Shown here piece by piece: positions 49,756 through 63,714 of a stretch of 64,000 nt of DNA. Where the stretch lies: assembly GCA_030141605.1 (NCBI GenBank), contig JAQGDQ010000091.1, positions 496,001 to 560,000 on the forward strand. Direction: 5' to 3'. The stretch's first letter is position 1; each line of letters starts with the position of its first letter. This stretch comes from Tubiluchus corallicola. Its lineage: Eukaryota; Animalia; Priapulida. The position numbers and the translations under genes are program-made. The notes under the pieces are model-generated. The model searched no databases, was not told where the DNA came from, and saw only the letters and a list, made by a program, of their open reading frames with translations.

Positions 49756-50713
49756 CAGTCTAGCCTCGTTATCTCGCCGCTGTCGAGATAACGGAAATAT
49801 AACGAAGTTAGTCTATATGTATATACATAATAGTTGATTAACAGAGTGTTCCTCTATGCACATATAAAATATATTTCGCATTATGATACCAATCAACATT
49901 AAATCAGAAATGAAAAAATGTCATAAAAATAATCTTAGAATGTTACTTTTTTATTTAAAAAACATTTTTCGAGTATACAGTTAAATGCAATAAACGTAGC
50001 AAAAGATTTAAAAATGTTCACAAATGAGTTACTGATGACTGAAATAATGGATGCTGTCCACGTCGCATTTTCGTTGAGCCACTGTGACCATGACTTTGCA
50101 TCCATTTTTCTTTACTCACTATTATATCTCCTATACTTCTCCGGCTAACAGTGTCGCCAAATTTCGCACTAAATACAGTAGCAATTTCCTGCTGTGTCTT
50201 TGAAGAATTATTCGTATGATAAATACAAATTTCCTTTTTTTGTTCAGGATTAAGAGAAAACAGTTTTCGCTTCAGAGACATCATGTAAAGTTGCTCACAC
50301 TTTGTGGAAACTCAAACTTAAACACAGCTTTGGTGTTATAGAGTAAGGACATCGGTGACGCTTTAGTTTCTCTGAGCATTAACCAACCACAGCTCTCCTA
50401 ATCTAACTGGTGAGACACGCACTAGATTAATTATGTCTGTCTATCGAGTACAGCAGCATTGTCTACATACCGCGGTTATATTGATCGACACGCGGTATAT
50501 GTATTGATCGATTCACCTCTGAGTTTGTCTGTTTGGCGACATAACGAATATAGTTTACATAAGCACTCATCCTAGCATGACGTGGCGAGGGCGAGAAGCG
50601 AGGGTGGCGACTTAACGAGGTAAATATCAAAGCAGGAAATCCGTCCTAGTACTTTCTATGGCGAGAGACGAGTTTGACAGCATAACGAGGGGCGAGATAA
50701 TGAGGCTAGACTG
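49756..50713 (-). mobile_element. Tigger/pogo-type DNA transposon, internally deleted (958 bp)
   Basis: 23-bp TIRs CAGTCTAGCCTC[GA]TTATCTCGCC with 1 mismatch and TA TSDs. ORF 50284-50018 encodes a CENP-B-type HTH N-terminus (KRKLFSLNPEQKKEIC...TQQEIA..FS.KFG..VSR.SI.DI) truncated before the DDE domain. Confidence 0.92.
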
Positions 50714-51589
50714 TATATGCATTGCAATTTTTTTTTGTTCTTATAAAGCACATTCTTAGTACTTAGAAAACTAACCTGGCCCAAACAGAAAATCTACATG
50801 CAGGCGTGTTGACTCTACTACAGACTATGGACTTGCAGAACGTCATTTAATGCATCACAACTTATTATGCTCAGACAAAGCACTTGTAGTGTTTTGCCTA
50901 CATATGCCTCAATCCCTTGCCATATGCCGAATACTGACTCTGTTCAAGTCACATGAAATGTTTAGTAATTGTTTTCAAGACATCAGCTGAAGCCCTTACT
51001 GAGTCCCACTACTACATCATCCTGAGGGTAAGGATTTGGCTAGTGTATCCTCAGCACAAAGGTCTAGCATGGGTGGTTATTTCATACAATTTGAAACTTT
51101 GGTACATTAACTTTGGAGTTTTTCTAACTTTAGTTTAACAAATATGTAGAGATATATCCTTCTAGTATGCTTAAGGACCACGAGGCTATTGCTTAATGTA
51201 TGATCTGGTAGATGAACAGCTTCCTCTCCAGTGCAACAGCCATACAGAAAATAAAAAATGGTACTAAGACAACAGCTTGAAGCAACAGTTGGACAACAAT
51301 AGTTTACTGAATTTGCCAGTACATCTAACTTCAACTTCAAAATTTTCATCCTAACCAAATAAATTTTCATTTTTCCCACAATGGAATCGTCTCTTTAAAA
51401 AAGCAGTTTACTGTTGATTAGTTTAAGAACTACATCTCTCTTCACTGATCATGCCAATATCCACCAGCATGCACTATCATGATGTCAATAATTTGAGTTT
51501 CGATCCCAATTATTCCACCAGAACCCGATTCAGAACAAAAACAAAGTCAATCTCAGTTTGAATTTTTATAAAAGGAATTCAACAAAGTT

Positions 51590-51806
51590 TTCAGAGAAAA
51601 GGTTGAGGTTAGAGGTGAGTGGCATTAAGGAACTAATAGAAAATGGAAGGATTGACAGTTTCCATTGGTGTAAAACAGGAAATCAACTAGCTGATTGGAA
51701 GTCCATTGGTGTAAAACAGGAAATCAACTAGCTGACTGCTTAACTAAGCATGGTGCTTCCACTGTTGCATTACACAAAGCACTTCAGGATGGAATTGTAC
51801 CTTAAA
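51590..51806 (+). mobile_element. Ty1/copia (GalEa-like) pol RNase H C-terminal fragment with a 34-bp internal duplication
   Basis: SEKRLRLEVSGIKELIENG...HWCKTGNQLADCLTKHGAS...LQDG. The sequence tccattggtgtaaaacaggaaatcaactagctga is repeated at 51661 and 51702. Confidence 0.75.
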
Positions 51807-52799
51807 GTGCTGTAACTTGAAGTATTGTACCTTAACGCTAATTGTATTAAGCTCAAAATGTTTGTTTAAAGAAACCAAATCAACAATTTTTTGTTTAGTC
51901 GTAACATTAACATTTATTTATATTTTCACTAAACATTCATGTCATTATTTGTGCGCTTGCAAACCAAAACCGTCCATTCATAAGTCGGTATAGTTAAAAC
52001 TACGTTATGATGCTTCAAAGAAGAATGCACAAAAAATTTGGTCAAATGTTGATTTTTTATATTTTATGAAAACAAATGCCAAATATATTGGACTTTCATA
52101 TTCTAGCTTCAAATTTCAGGAAAAAGTCCAAAAATACTAAAAACCTAATCTTATTACTCCTTACCCACTTTTTTCTCTAGAAACTAGTACTGCAATTTAA
52201 AAAAAACTTGTATTTTCTAACTCCGATTGTAGCTAGTGGAAGCAGCCATTTTGCTTCAGGTTTTTTCTGTTGACAAGACCAGATCTTTGTCGGGAAGATC
52301 AATCTGCTGGATTTAAAAGTTTTTTTCAATTTGCTCTTGTAAAACTATAGCAACCACACTTTCATACGGTTGCTAACTGTTTTGTAGAGATGCAACAAAA
52401 ACAATAGCTGACTTTAACAGACTTTTTCTCATGATTACATTTTTCAGTGCGTAGTGTGCATCTCAACTTCAACGTAGATTATCTCAGCTTAGAAATAATA
52501 TAAAGCGATGAGCGTGGTATCAAAATGATCCTCGTGAAATGGAGATTCAGGATATGTGAATAACTAGAAAAGCTAACTTAATTGACGACTTATGGTCGAT
52601 TTTGCTATGCAAGTACACATTTAGTTGAAATTCAAATTTTTAACTTACTTCATTGTGCATAATCATTTTATTGTTACAATTAGTTTTTATTATATAACAT
52701 ATACCAGACTTTTATCGACATTAACTTTTAAATAATGTGAATACTCTTATAAAATGCTTGGGGATTTTTTAATTGAGTTTGATGCTGATAGGTGTCAGC

Positions 52800-54450
52800 A
52801 CACCATGATTCTCGTCTTAATGATGACGTCGTATGCTGTGTTGTCAGTTTTCATGTGCAATTTCTTTGAAATAGTGCTCAACTTTCTCTTTATATGTAAT
52901 TTCAATATCTTGATTTTTTAATTTATCACACTGAAATTGCCTAGATATGCTGTCCTTTGCCAGAGTAGCCAACTGCCTCTTTACATTAAACTTTACAATT
53001 ACTGGTCTGAGAAAGTTTCAGTGCCGCTGTATGATTTTACATCATTTACACTAATTATGTGTTTCAGCTTAACCATAATATAGTCAATCTGGTTTCTAAT
53101 AGGTTGTTGCTTATTTTTTCTATCTGGAGCTTAACAATGTAGTCCTATAAGCCATCTTATGATTAAAAGTTGTATTAACCGTTAACGAGTATCAATTCAT
53201 TTAGTTGTACAGTATCTAAAAGACATTCTACAATGCTGCTTACTTCATCTTTCCCAAATTTGCCAATACTGTCCAGATAATAATTATACCTGAACTGGTT
53301 TTTGCGTTAAAATTGTCGGCTACTATTAGAAAATCACAATCGCTTACTGTCTGTATAAGTCGAAGTCACTGTAGAATTTCATGTACCAAAAGTTTTCCCT
53401 CACTAACAGGCAGGGTAGATGCATAGGCAGATGTAACTGAATATTGCTTGTTATCGATTTTTACTTTAATCATACTGACAGTACATCTAGTTTATAACGA
53501 TTAAAGTGTTTCTTCTTCTTTTGTTACTCTAAACATCTATTTTAGACATAGAGCCTCTATCCTTTATTAGAGCACTCCACTGTTTCCTGTCTGCAGCTAA
53601 AATTTTCAATTCCTGTGATGCTATTGCTGGTTTGATTCCAGCTGTTGTAAATCTTTATTAATTCTTGATATCCAGGTTGTTTTTATTTTGCCTGGAGGTC
53701 GTTTAGCAGGTTTCAGTGCCTCATTTAATGTTAATCCAACTGGCGTTGTTTCTGGCAATCTCATTATGTCCTACCATCTAAGTTTTCTGATTTTTGTGCC
53801 TCAATGTTCTTCTTTGTATTACAGCTGCCCATTTGAAATGATGAATGCCCATTTTATTTTTAAGATTTTTCTGATTAGGCCTCTGTGAAATACATTTCTT
53901 CTTCAAAATCTCATTCCACTTGTTGTAAGCATTGAGGTATCAACATCTATTAGAGTATTCCACCCACCTCTATCTGCAGCTAACAACATAAGTTCTTTTA
54001 CTCCTAAAGATAGATTTGGTTGAAGTTGTTGAACATCTTTATTTATCTTAGCTATCCAAGTTGTTTGAGGTTTACCAGGTTGTTTTTTGCAAGGTTTTAA
54101 GGCGATTCTTACTGGTGTTTCATTTGGTAATCTTAAAAGATGTCCTAGCCATCTTAATCTTCGGATCTCGACTTTTGAACTCCAATAAATTTCTTTTGTT
54201 CTGGTGTATAAATCTTCATTTTTGATTATGCATGGCCATCTTATCTTTATAAGAAGACTTCTAATTCTATGAAATGTGCCAATCTGATTTTCTTGAGTAA
54301 TCCCTAAACCCAAGTGTCACTGTTGTACATAAAAATGTTGGTAACGTAACCATTAAATAAAGTCTTATGTTAAGACTTAATTTCTTGTTAGTTAATACAT
54401 TCTTGTGCTGTAGAAAAGCATGCATTGCTTGCTGCTCTTAATGTCAACTT
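52800..54450 (-). mobile_element. Nested RTE-like LINE fragments: two 3' ends plus an AP-endonuclease region
   Basis: 53903-54313 reads RLRWLGHLLRLP.ETP..ALKP.K..PGK..TTW. A second decayed copy of the same region lies at ~53510-53880. Both end in short (GAA)n. APE remnants SAYAST, DNFNAK and RNQIDYIMV lie at ~52860-53480. Confidence 0.85.
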
Positions 54451-55258
54451 CGGTGCTTAGAAAAGAATTTATTCTGCCAAACTTATATTAATATTTGGGA
54501 TCTAAATATGTTTGTGTACTTTTTTGTTAGTTTAATGTAAGGTGAATAAACGAATGTTCCATCTAGCAGCCAAGTAGTGTCAAGAAGGATCAAAATAATG
54601 TTTGAAGCGATAAGAACGTCAATGGAAAATGCCGTCAAAAAGCATGAAGCACGTAATGTCCCATAAGGATTCATGTATCAGTTTTAAAAACTGTCTAATC
54701 TAAAGAAACAATGTAGTAGTTAAGAAACGGCAATGAATTGAATAGCTTTAACGAAATACATTCTATTAAGCGTTAAACCTTGTGTTTTTTAAAGATTTCA
54801 CCGCAGCAATATGGTCACTCTTTACGCTGGTTCTCCAGCATGCTGTGCATTCCCCATGGGTTGTTGGGTCTCTCATAGATGTAATAATAGTATTATACTC
54901 AGCGCCCCAGTGGAGTGGTACTGGCTGCAGACAAGCCACTAGTATAACAGTGTCTAGATCTTTGTTGGATTACTGCTTTGCTTTAATACCCGTCTTGAGG
55001 ACAGATTTCAGATATATTAGAGTTCTGCCTGCCCAATGTCTACAATGGACGTAACTGGCATAATGATCATGATGATGATTACATCATATTATTATCATTA
55101 ATAGTAATATTATGAATTACGTAGTAGTATAAAATTACCTACGGGATTTCTACTGCCTATAAAGTCTATATTGTCTATACTCTATGCCTCGATTTTCGCC
55201 TATGAAAATATTTGCTATTGGGCGCCGGGCAAATTAGCCCGTATACCTCAAACACAGA

Positions 55259-55270
55259 TGCGCATGCGCA
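55259..55270. promoter_or_regulatory. NRF1/EWG-type palindrome in the candidate USB1-DHRS1 divergent promoter
   Basis: Perfect TGCGCATGCGCA. Outward-facing splice donors at ~55138 (minus) and 56107 (plus) mark probable non-coding first exons. Confidence 0.6.
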
Positions 55271-56284
55271 AATCATCCGGAACGGTATGAATTCTGAAAC
55301 TCTTACAAGAACAATATCGGCTTCACATACAACCCCACTATAATAATAATAATAATAAATTTTACTATCAAATTTTATTAAATTTCTATTAGAAAAAGCC
55401 ACCGTCATCGTCGGGGCATATGAAATATGTTGTCAGTGTGGAATAAAAACTTTGAGATTTTTAGAAAAAAATTGATAACATTTATTATAATTTATAGTGG
55501 ACTGTTTATGAGAAGTATGGTATATGGCTGCCCAAGCACCACTCTGAATTTCATCATACGTGAAATTATAATTATTAATCAAAATTTTGGCGCTCTTTTT
55601 TATTTTTCGATCATTTCCTTGTAAAGTATTGTGGCGTTTGAACAAATTGCATAAATGTAACGCTGTTTTATCTGCTATGCACAATGTATAATTGACGATC
55701 TGGTAGCTACAGCTGATTAGGTGCATGGTGAATGATCAGATCTATACTGTACTACTGAAGAAAAATATTTGGTGAAGAGGTAAACTTTCACCTGTTCATA
55801 ATTTATAATACCTCATATGAGACATAATTCAATTAAGATAAACAATAAAAAAATGTTATTATTATTTTATTGTTGCATATATTTAGGCCAAAGGGTGAGC
55901 ATTTTTAAGATTAAGAAGTATGTAATATTAAATTCTAACTCTTGAAGTCAGTTATTCTTAATAAACTTGAAAAACTGTGTACGGTACGAGGGCTGGACCA
56001 GGTGCCGCACTATTCGGCTCATGCAACAAACGGCGCCCAACATTTGCATCACGTATATGTGAGACTGTGAGTGTACAAAGCATAGGTGTGAAAATTGACG
56101 CAACAGGTATGGAAACACTTTTTGTTCTTAATTTTAAATGTTAGGTGTTTCAGTACTGTAAGGTATTTTAACTACTACGCCTTGGCGATATCTTGAATCT
56201 CAAGTTTTTAAAAAAATCTACTTCCTACATTGAATTTTTTTGTTAAATTTGCTGTGCCGACATTTCGACTCAGATTTGGACGCA

Positions 56285-57955
56285 GGGCGTCTCGCCACAA
56301 GACATTTGGTCACAGGTCATTTGAATATAAGGTACCTTCGGACCCATAGGTCATTTGGACACAAAGTGATTTAGACATATAGGTTATTTGGAAACGGGTA
56401 ATTTGAATTCAGATTCTTTTGGACACATAGTCACGTTGGACACGACATCTGGACAAGATATTAAGCTATTTGGGCACATTAATTTGGACACAAGACGTTT
56501 GGAAACATGCAAGGCTGTTTTGACACATGAATAATTTGCATAAAACATTTGAACTATTAGGGCACGTAAGTATTTTGAATGCATAGGGTATTTGGACACT
56601 AGATGTTTTGACTCGTAGGTCATTTTGACACAAGAATTAAGCACTGTAACTGTAGGACATTAAGACATGTGTAGCTTATTTTTTGTTGTCTAGTTTTTGG
56701 AAATTGAGTCTCGCCTTTTGGTTAACCTAGACAAACAGAATATAGACATAGACATTTTATTTATCTTCTCATTTACACCGAATACAAGTAGACTATTATT
56801 GCTATAATTATTAATTAAAAAGAAATTATACAAAAGCTGTTCATAAGTCTGTATAATTATATAAAAACTGAAGTCTAGATCTCATAGATCCACAATTTAT
56901 TCTCGTAAAATTTGTGACGTTAATGGCAAATTGGCAATCTGGCAAGATATTTTATTTTTAAGCTAAATAATTAACCAAATTAATACAGGTTTGTGCTGAA
57001 TGTGCATTTCTGTTGCATATGCTTCATGGCAGAAGCTACAACTAATTAGCAATTACTCACAGCTGCGAAATTTAAAGCAGTGACTAGAGGGGCATAGGTG
57101 CCCTGATGTAATTGACATACATATGTATAGACTACCACACTGACACGATTTTGATTTTTCACTCGTTCTATACTGAGTATCTGTGAAAAATACAGCCGCC
57201 ATTATATCAATCAAGTTTCAGTTATAAATAATGTTGTTACTGATTGTATTTACCGGTATCTAATATGCTGCTAATGAGTAATGAGTCATTTTGAATCCAG
57301 GTGTAACAAATCATGTTGCAACCGGCTTTTAATTGTGCAGGCAGGTTGCAACATGATTTGTTATACCCAGATCTTTAAAAATTCTAAACAATGCAATTGT
57401 GTTCTGATTACAAATATTATTATTGCTGCCATGATCAGTGATATTCAATACATGCCTATGTTATTGTCCCAGGATGTGCCTCCCTTAATTTCCCAGCATT
57501 ACTGATTTTACATGATGGTTTCTACTATGTTATGACATATGCTAATCAAAGGCAACCACATGAGACTAGCCTCTATTAGGCAGTGTTTAAGTGATTAACC
57601 TAACCATAAAACTTCTTATGTCAGTGACCAAGTGTTCTTTGTAGAATGTGTACAGTTGGGGTGTTTTAATAGCCTGGAGCTTGCTGTGGCAAGAACTTTG
57701 AAATTTTTTATTATCTGCGGCAACGGTTTTTAGACATCAGAACCCCTTTGACTTTTGCAAAGTCTAACCTAAATACACGCATCTCTAAGAACTGGATATA
57801 ACAAAATAACCAATGTTGCTAAATACCTAGTGTCCAAATGACACATGTGCCCAAACAGCCTGTGTCCAAAATGTTCTGTATCAAAAAACCTATGTATTCA
57901 AAATGTTTGTGTTTAAATAGCCTTTGTCTAAAACCCCTGTGTGCAAAACCTGTTA
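56285..57955. mobile_element. Foldback-like element with inverted arms of ~15-16 bp subrepeats (CATTTGGACACA core)
   Basis: Left arm 56285-56660 has repeated catttggacaca. Right arm ~57820-57955 has repeated tgtgtccaaatg-like units. Confidence 0.6.
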
Positions 57956-58280
57956 AATTGTAACCGTTGATTTTACTGAAATAGTAGGCAAACTGCTATA
58001 AATAATTAGCATCAGCTATCAACCAAAGTCCGACAACCTCCAGTAACAGAATCTTAAGTTGTAAAACTGCCAAGAGTATAAGACTGGTCAGTAACGATGA
58101 GCTTCTCAGAGAGACTCAGTCTCAGTGAAATCCCAACTTGTATACATATCACAAGCTAACAAAATGTAGTATGTATACACATAATAACTACAATTATGGA
58201 CACAATATGTTTTCAGCTCTGGTAAAGCGAATTTTAGTTAAAAGCTAATTTTCTAGGTATCAGCTCTTCAATTTTCAACC

Positions 58281-61200
58281 ATGGCTCTTCAAGGTTATAT
58301 CTGTCTTGTGACTGGAGCAACACGGGGTATTGGAAAAGGAATTGCCCTTCAGCTTGGTGGAGCTGGAGCTACTGTTTATATTACAGGTAGCTTTGTACTT
58401 AATAAATGTATATTTGGAGTGTTTTTTGTTCAGCAAAATTTTTTAAACAAATTTCAAGACATTGTTGAGTTTCTATTTGTCATATAAATCCCTGCATTGG
58501 ACCTACATTATATATTAAAAGTACCTTATTGTTTGTTTGAGAGCTATTATTTTAGTCTTTCACAGACTCATAGTGTATTTATCGAAGTGAAGTTATGTTT
58601 CAAAGCTGTAACATGTATTTATATTCTGTTGAACAGAGTTGGCTTACTTTTTCTGTGTGTGGCAAAATGGCACAGGAAAAATAGCACGGTAAAATGGCCC
58701 AGGAAAAAATGACGCAAATGAAAAAGTAGGAAAAAATGGCAGATTATGGTTATTTTGGTGCAGTTGATTTTTATAATAAAAGTGGAATGCGTTCAGCAGA
58801 AAGTAGATCTTTCTAAAGCCGAACAATTCTAAACTTACTCATCTGATTCTTTTGACTAAAAAGTTTAGCACAAAGATAAACAAGCAGACGGGCGAAAATG
58901 TACCTGTATTTGGTATTATATACACTAACAAAATCTCACCAAATATTTGTTCCTTAAACATATTTATAATCAATAGAGCATGAATGTTCCACACAGTGTT
59001 TATTTACCTTTTAACCATTAATTTTGGCAGTGTTAGTAGACTGACAAATATGTACATATCTACTAGCCAAGTCACCTTGTAAGCTGTACACATTAATAAG
59101 CAAGAGCTATAGACAGCATTACACAGTTATACAAATAAGAATTTCTCGAAATGAAATTGGAATTAACTCGTATTGTTTGACCAGGTGGAGATAACAAAAA
59201 AGAACAACTAAACAGTCTCTCTGAGACCTCCATGAAGTGCTTCAATGTTTTTTTTCTACATGATGTTCGGTCAAGTTGTGAGAATAGAGAGCCGTTGAAA
59301 AGATTCCCCTTTTTGCATCATATAACCGGTCTTTCTTCACACAGTTTCTTGGAAATCTGTCAGATAGTTTTTGTGTAATACTTAATGTCATAACAGACAA
59401 AAAAATTTGCGATGAAGCATTACTTCCTTGGCAGAAGTAAAAACTAAGGTAATTATCCCCACTGTAGTCCTAAGTGTTTTACTCAGTGTGCCAATTTTTC
59501 CTGTGCCCTTTTTTTACATACTTTTCCATTTGTGCCACTTTTTCCTGTGCCATTTTTATCATGCCATTTTTTTCCTGTGTCATTTTTACCTACATTCACT
59601 TTTTCAATAAATATACTGCTGCAAGTGGAAGTAAGATTCTTTCATATAGATACAAATATGAAGATTTGAGATTTGTAGATATTCTGAAAATAAATTGTCT
59701 TTGTTTTTAATAATTCGATTGTTCATATGTGAAACTACATATTGTTTGTTGGTTTTTAAATTCGGGTTAGTTTTCGAAGTTAGTTTCTTTTATATTTCAA
59801 AAACAATTAAACAATTTTTTAGGTCGAACGTTGAATGCAAGCCCTGAATCCCATGGTTCGTTAGAAGAAACAGCAAAAGAGGTAAATTTGACGTATTGCT
59901 GACTACTCCAACATAAACACTCAATTTACATAATTTACAAGATGAAAGACTAACTTATCAGTTATACTTTCGTATTTTACCTAATTCTACGTTATTGCTT
60001 ACCATGATTGAAGTATTTTGTATGGTTATACATTGTTTATATATTTATTTATATTTATTTTTTATTTCACCTATAGTTGCTTGCTTACACGTATTTTTAA
60101 CTCACCGACTTTTATGGTGAAAGTTTATGCTCTTAAAAAAGCTAGATTTGAATAAAATAAGCCTTAATTTTATTTATGTTTATCTTTTTTTACTTCAGTA
60201 ACTTAAGTGCTAGTGAAAATAGACCTTTTACTGGAATAGATTTGGTTTCAAAAGTAGATTTGTATTAAATTAAATTTTTAATATGGTCCTGACTTCAATG
60301 TCAAATTTTCAAGGCTTCAGTATCATGTGTAACAAATATTGCACACCTCAGATAAGTAGGTTTATTTTAAATTTTTTGAGTTGTTTACACTTTTAGATAG
60401 AAGCAAGAGGTGGCACCTCAGTTGCAGTACAAGTTGATCATGCCAACATGTCAGAGGTAGAAAAACTGTTTGAAAGAATAAAAACAGAGCAGGATGGACG
60501 ACTAGACATTCTTGTTAACAATGCTTATGCTGCTGTTTCAGTAAGTCTAAGCTCTTGTTAATACATATATATAGCTGTGTCTGTCTCTCTGTCAATGTTT
60601 AATGTGTGATAAAAATGGGAATTATCGCTATGAAAGTATACATGTTTCCTTCTCAAAGTTCAGTAAATACATTTAGTGCATTCAAGGTCGCCACTGATAT
60701 CTGTTTGGCACATTTAAACTTACACCCTGGGTAGTACTTGATGTACTTTGTTCAAATTAAACAGTCAAACGGTTATATAAAAAATAACTGTTATTTCATT
60801 CACAAACCATTTTGCTAATACTTTAGTTACCCTTTTTAAACAATATCTTTTGCTATTAAACTGATCACTTATTGAGTCACAAAAAATTTATTTCATTATG
60901 TTATTTAGGCCCTGCCACCACGTGATGCATTACTGACAACAAAATCAGCACTTGTGATGCATGCGTGTTTACACTGCATAATGCCAAAAATGGTTGTGTA
61001 ACTGCACACTCATCTTATTTAACTTTTGCTACTTCTGCTATACAAGTCTAAATATAAATATAAATATAAAAATTTAACTTTTGGTCACAGAATACTGCAA
61101 GGCTTTTTCTGTTTGAAGATATATTTAATATGGATTCATATGTGTCTACGTATATAATTTTTGCACCTACTCTTGCGACCATAGAAAGAACTGGACATTT

Positions 61201-63714
61201 TGAGGATATTCATCCCCTTCTTGTTTCATGAGAATTAGCCCATACACTGCTTTTTCTGATGCTTCATGAGGGTTTGTAGTTCTAAGTGAAAACGATCATG
61301 CTACAAGATGCAATGAACTTTTTTAATAAGATATTGTTTGCTTGGTGTTTCTGACCTGAATCGACATTTACATCCAGCTTCTAATTCAGCGATTACTGGC
61401 TAGAGTAGTTTAAAGAGTGTTGGCCAGTCTTGTAACTGGATAAAGCATAGTAATACCTACTTAGAATGTTAAAGTCACTTTATTTTAAAATAATACAACA
61501 AATTTGTTTAATCTCAAATTATCAAATTAATAAGCAGAACATTTCTGTAGGCCACCTTGGCCAATTTATGATTATTTTCACTAAGAGATCAGCATTGATA
61601 AATTTTCTGGTTGTATACTGGTGACAAAGAGCTTTATTGTCTTTTCTTTTTGTGCATCTAAGTTGTGCCATATAATTGAGCATCTTTTATAAATGAAAAT
61701 AAACTGCACAGGTTTGGTGATTGTTCATAATTTTTATGTTATTCATTTAGTCGATAATGAAAAGCCTGGGCAAATCTTTTTGGGAAGTTCCACCAGAGGA
61801 ATGGGATACAGTTAACAATGTCGGACTTAGGTGAGTTTGTTTTTTTCTTTTAATGAAACATCCTAATAACATAACATTATCAGAAAAACGAGTGAACAGC
61901 TATCTCTTTAAAAAGAAACAACAGTTAATTCTCATTCCTCTACTCCAACTTTCTAACTTGAACTTTTCTACCTCTCTTCCATCTGATTTAGATCTCTATT
62001 TCCTATTTTGTTACTATCACTTTTAATTTATTAAAATTTCTTAGCAGTGACTTATGTAGCAGTCTAAGCTAACAAGGTATCATCAAAACTCGTAGCATGT
62101 AGTACTATAGCACATTTTTTTCTAAAATAATTCGCCCAAACAAAAATGTTTGTTTTGACTAGTTTTAGTTCAAAATTAAGTGTCAATTTTCTTTGCTAAA
62201 CTGGTAAAAATTTTAATATTTTTTATTTATCAATGAGTCCCTAATATCATCATTTCATAGCAAAATTTCGTCGGACTTTAATAGATTAACTTGAGTACTG
62301 ATGACATGGTAACAGGTAAATTAAAAGAAATAACAGTATAATATTTTTATCCATGGCATTCATTGTCCCACTTTTCTCGTATCTGCTTGAAATGTGATAG
62401 AATAATAAGAATTCAATGTAATATTCTTCAGTTTTACAACACTAATTAAAATTAAATAATGAACAGCATTCGTCATTTTAATATTAAATGTACATACCTG
62501 TGCTTGATTTTATTTGTGAATATTCTTGAAAAACAATATTCTTGATACAGTTTGTTCTGTTTGAAGCATAAAGACTAGCAAGTAACAACCTTGGACCTAC
62601 TGTCCTCACCTCTCAACTGAATCCAGTAATCCCTGTAGCTGTAATCTCCATACAATGCTGATTTACTGGTAACACCAAAAATTATAACATATAGTCTTTT
62701 ATTTTAACTATGATTCTAAGCTACTGTATTTAATTTTTATTACTCACAGGAACCACTACTTCTGTACTGTCCATGCTGCGAGAATGATGGTACCTCGGAA
62801 AAAAGGCTTAATTGTCAATGTATCTTCTATAGGAGGTTGGAGATATTTGTTTAATGTACCATATGGCATTGGAAAATGTGCGGTAAGAACGTTCTTGGTT
62901 CTGATTTTATCTTGCATGAATTTGCTGGCATATGCTCTAAATGCCAGATAACCAGCTTCTGCCTTTCTGGTGGTTTTTACTTTGTCTTCCTATTTGGTTT
63001 TTGTTTAAATGGTATGCGTTTACCAGTTTATGAATGTGTATTAAATTTAGAGGTGAGGCTATAATAAAACAAATATAACAAGCTGTAAATGTATATAAAT
63101 GCGACTATGCCATGCCACATTAACTGTATATAGAACAGCTTTTCTGAGGATATAGCACGTAAGGTGTTGCTTGCATCAAAGCAGTAAATGAAAGTGTGGT
63201 TACAGCTTTTTTTAATGCTTTGCATTATGTAAGGCATGTTTCTATTTGCTGTTTGAAATAAATTCCTATTGCGTAATGCTATTGAACTGTGGATATCTTT
63301 TGTTAGCTGTTAAGCAACGGATGAAAATATTATATATATTTTTAAATTTTCACAGTTGGACCGGATGGCCGCTGATTGTGCGTACGAACTTAAGAAACAC
63401 AATGTGGCAATGGTGAGTTTATGGCCTGGTGCAGTTAGAACAGAATTGATGACTGAAGCAGCAGAAAAAAGTAAAGAAGAAAGTGTAAGTTAGATTATTA
63501 TATTCTTAAAGACTATATTTACAAATTCTTTAGTGCATGGTATGTGTATCAGGTTTTATTCGTTTTATCCATAACCAAATTGCACTTTGTATATATTGAT
63601 GTTTTAGGCCATTATAATATTGAATCCATGGAATAATTTTGCAGTTTAAAAAGATGATGGATATTGCTGAAAGTACAGAGTTTTCTGGAATCTGCATAAC
63701 TCAGCTAGCTTTAG
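58281..63714 (+). CDS. DHRS1: Dehydrogenase/reductase SDR family member 1, 3'-partial; exons 58281-58386, 59823-59881, 60397-60540, 61751-61830, 62750-62882, 63356-63484, 63645-63714
   Basis: TGATRGIGKGIALQLG.AGATVYITGRT, QDGRLDILVNNAYA, FWE.P...WD.VNNVGLRNHY.C, VSS.GG, catalytic YGIGK, DRMAADCA.EL, SLWPGAVRTE, ESTEFSG. All junctions are in frame; the stop lies beyond the window. Confidence 0.94.
58660..59592. mobile_element. Second foldback-like element (AAAATGGCACAGG subrepeats in inverted arms)
   Basis: 58660-58742 aaaatggcacaggaaaaa units; 59485-59592 tttttcctgtgccatttt units. It lies in a DHRS1 intron. Confidence 0.7.
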
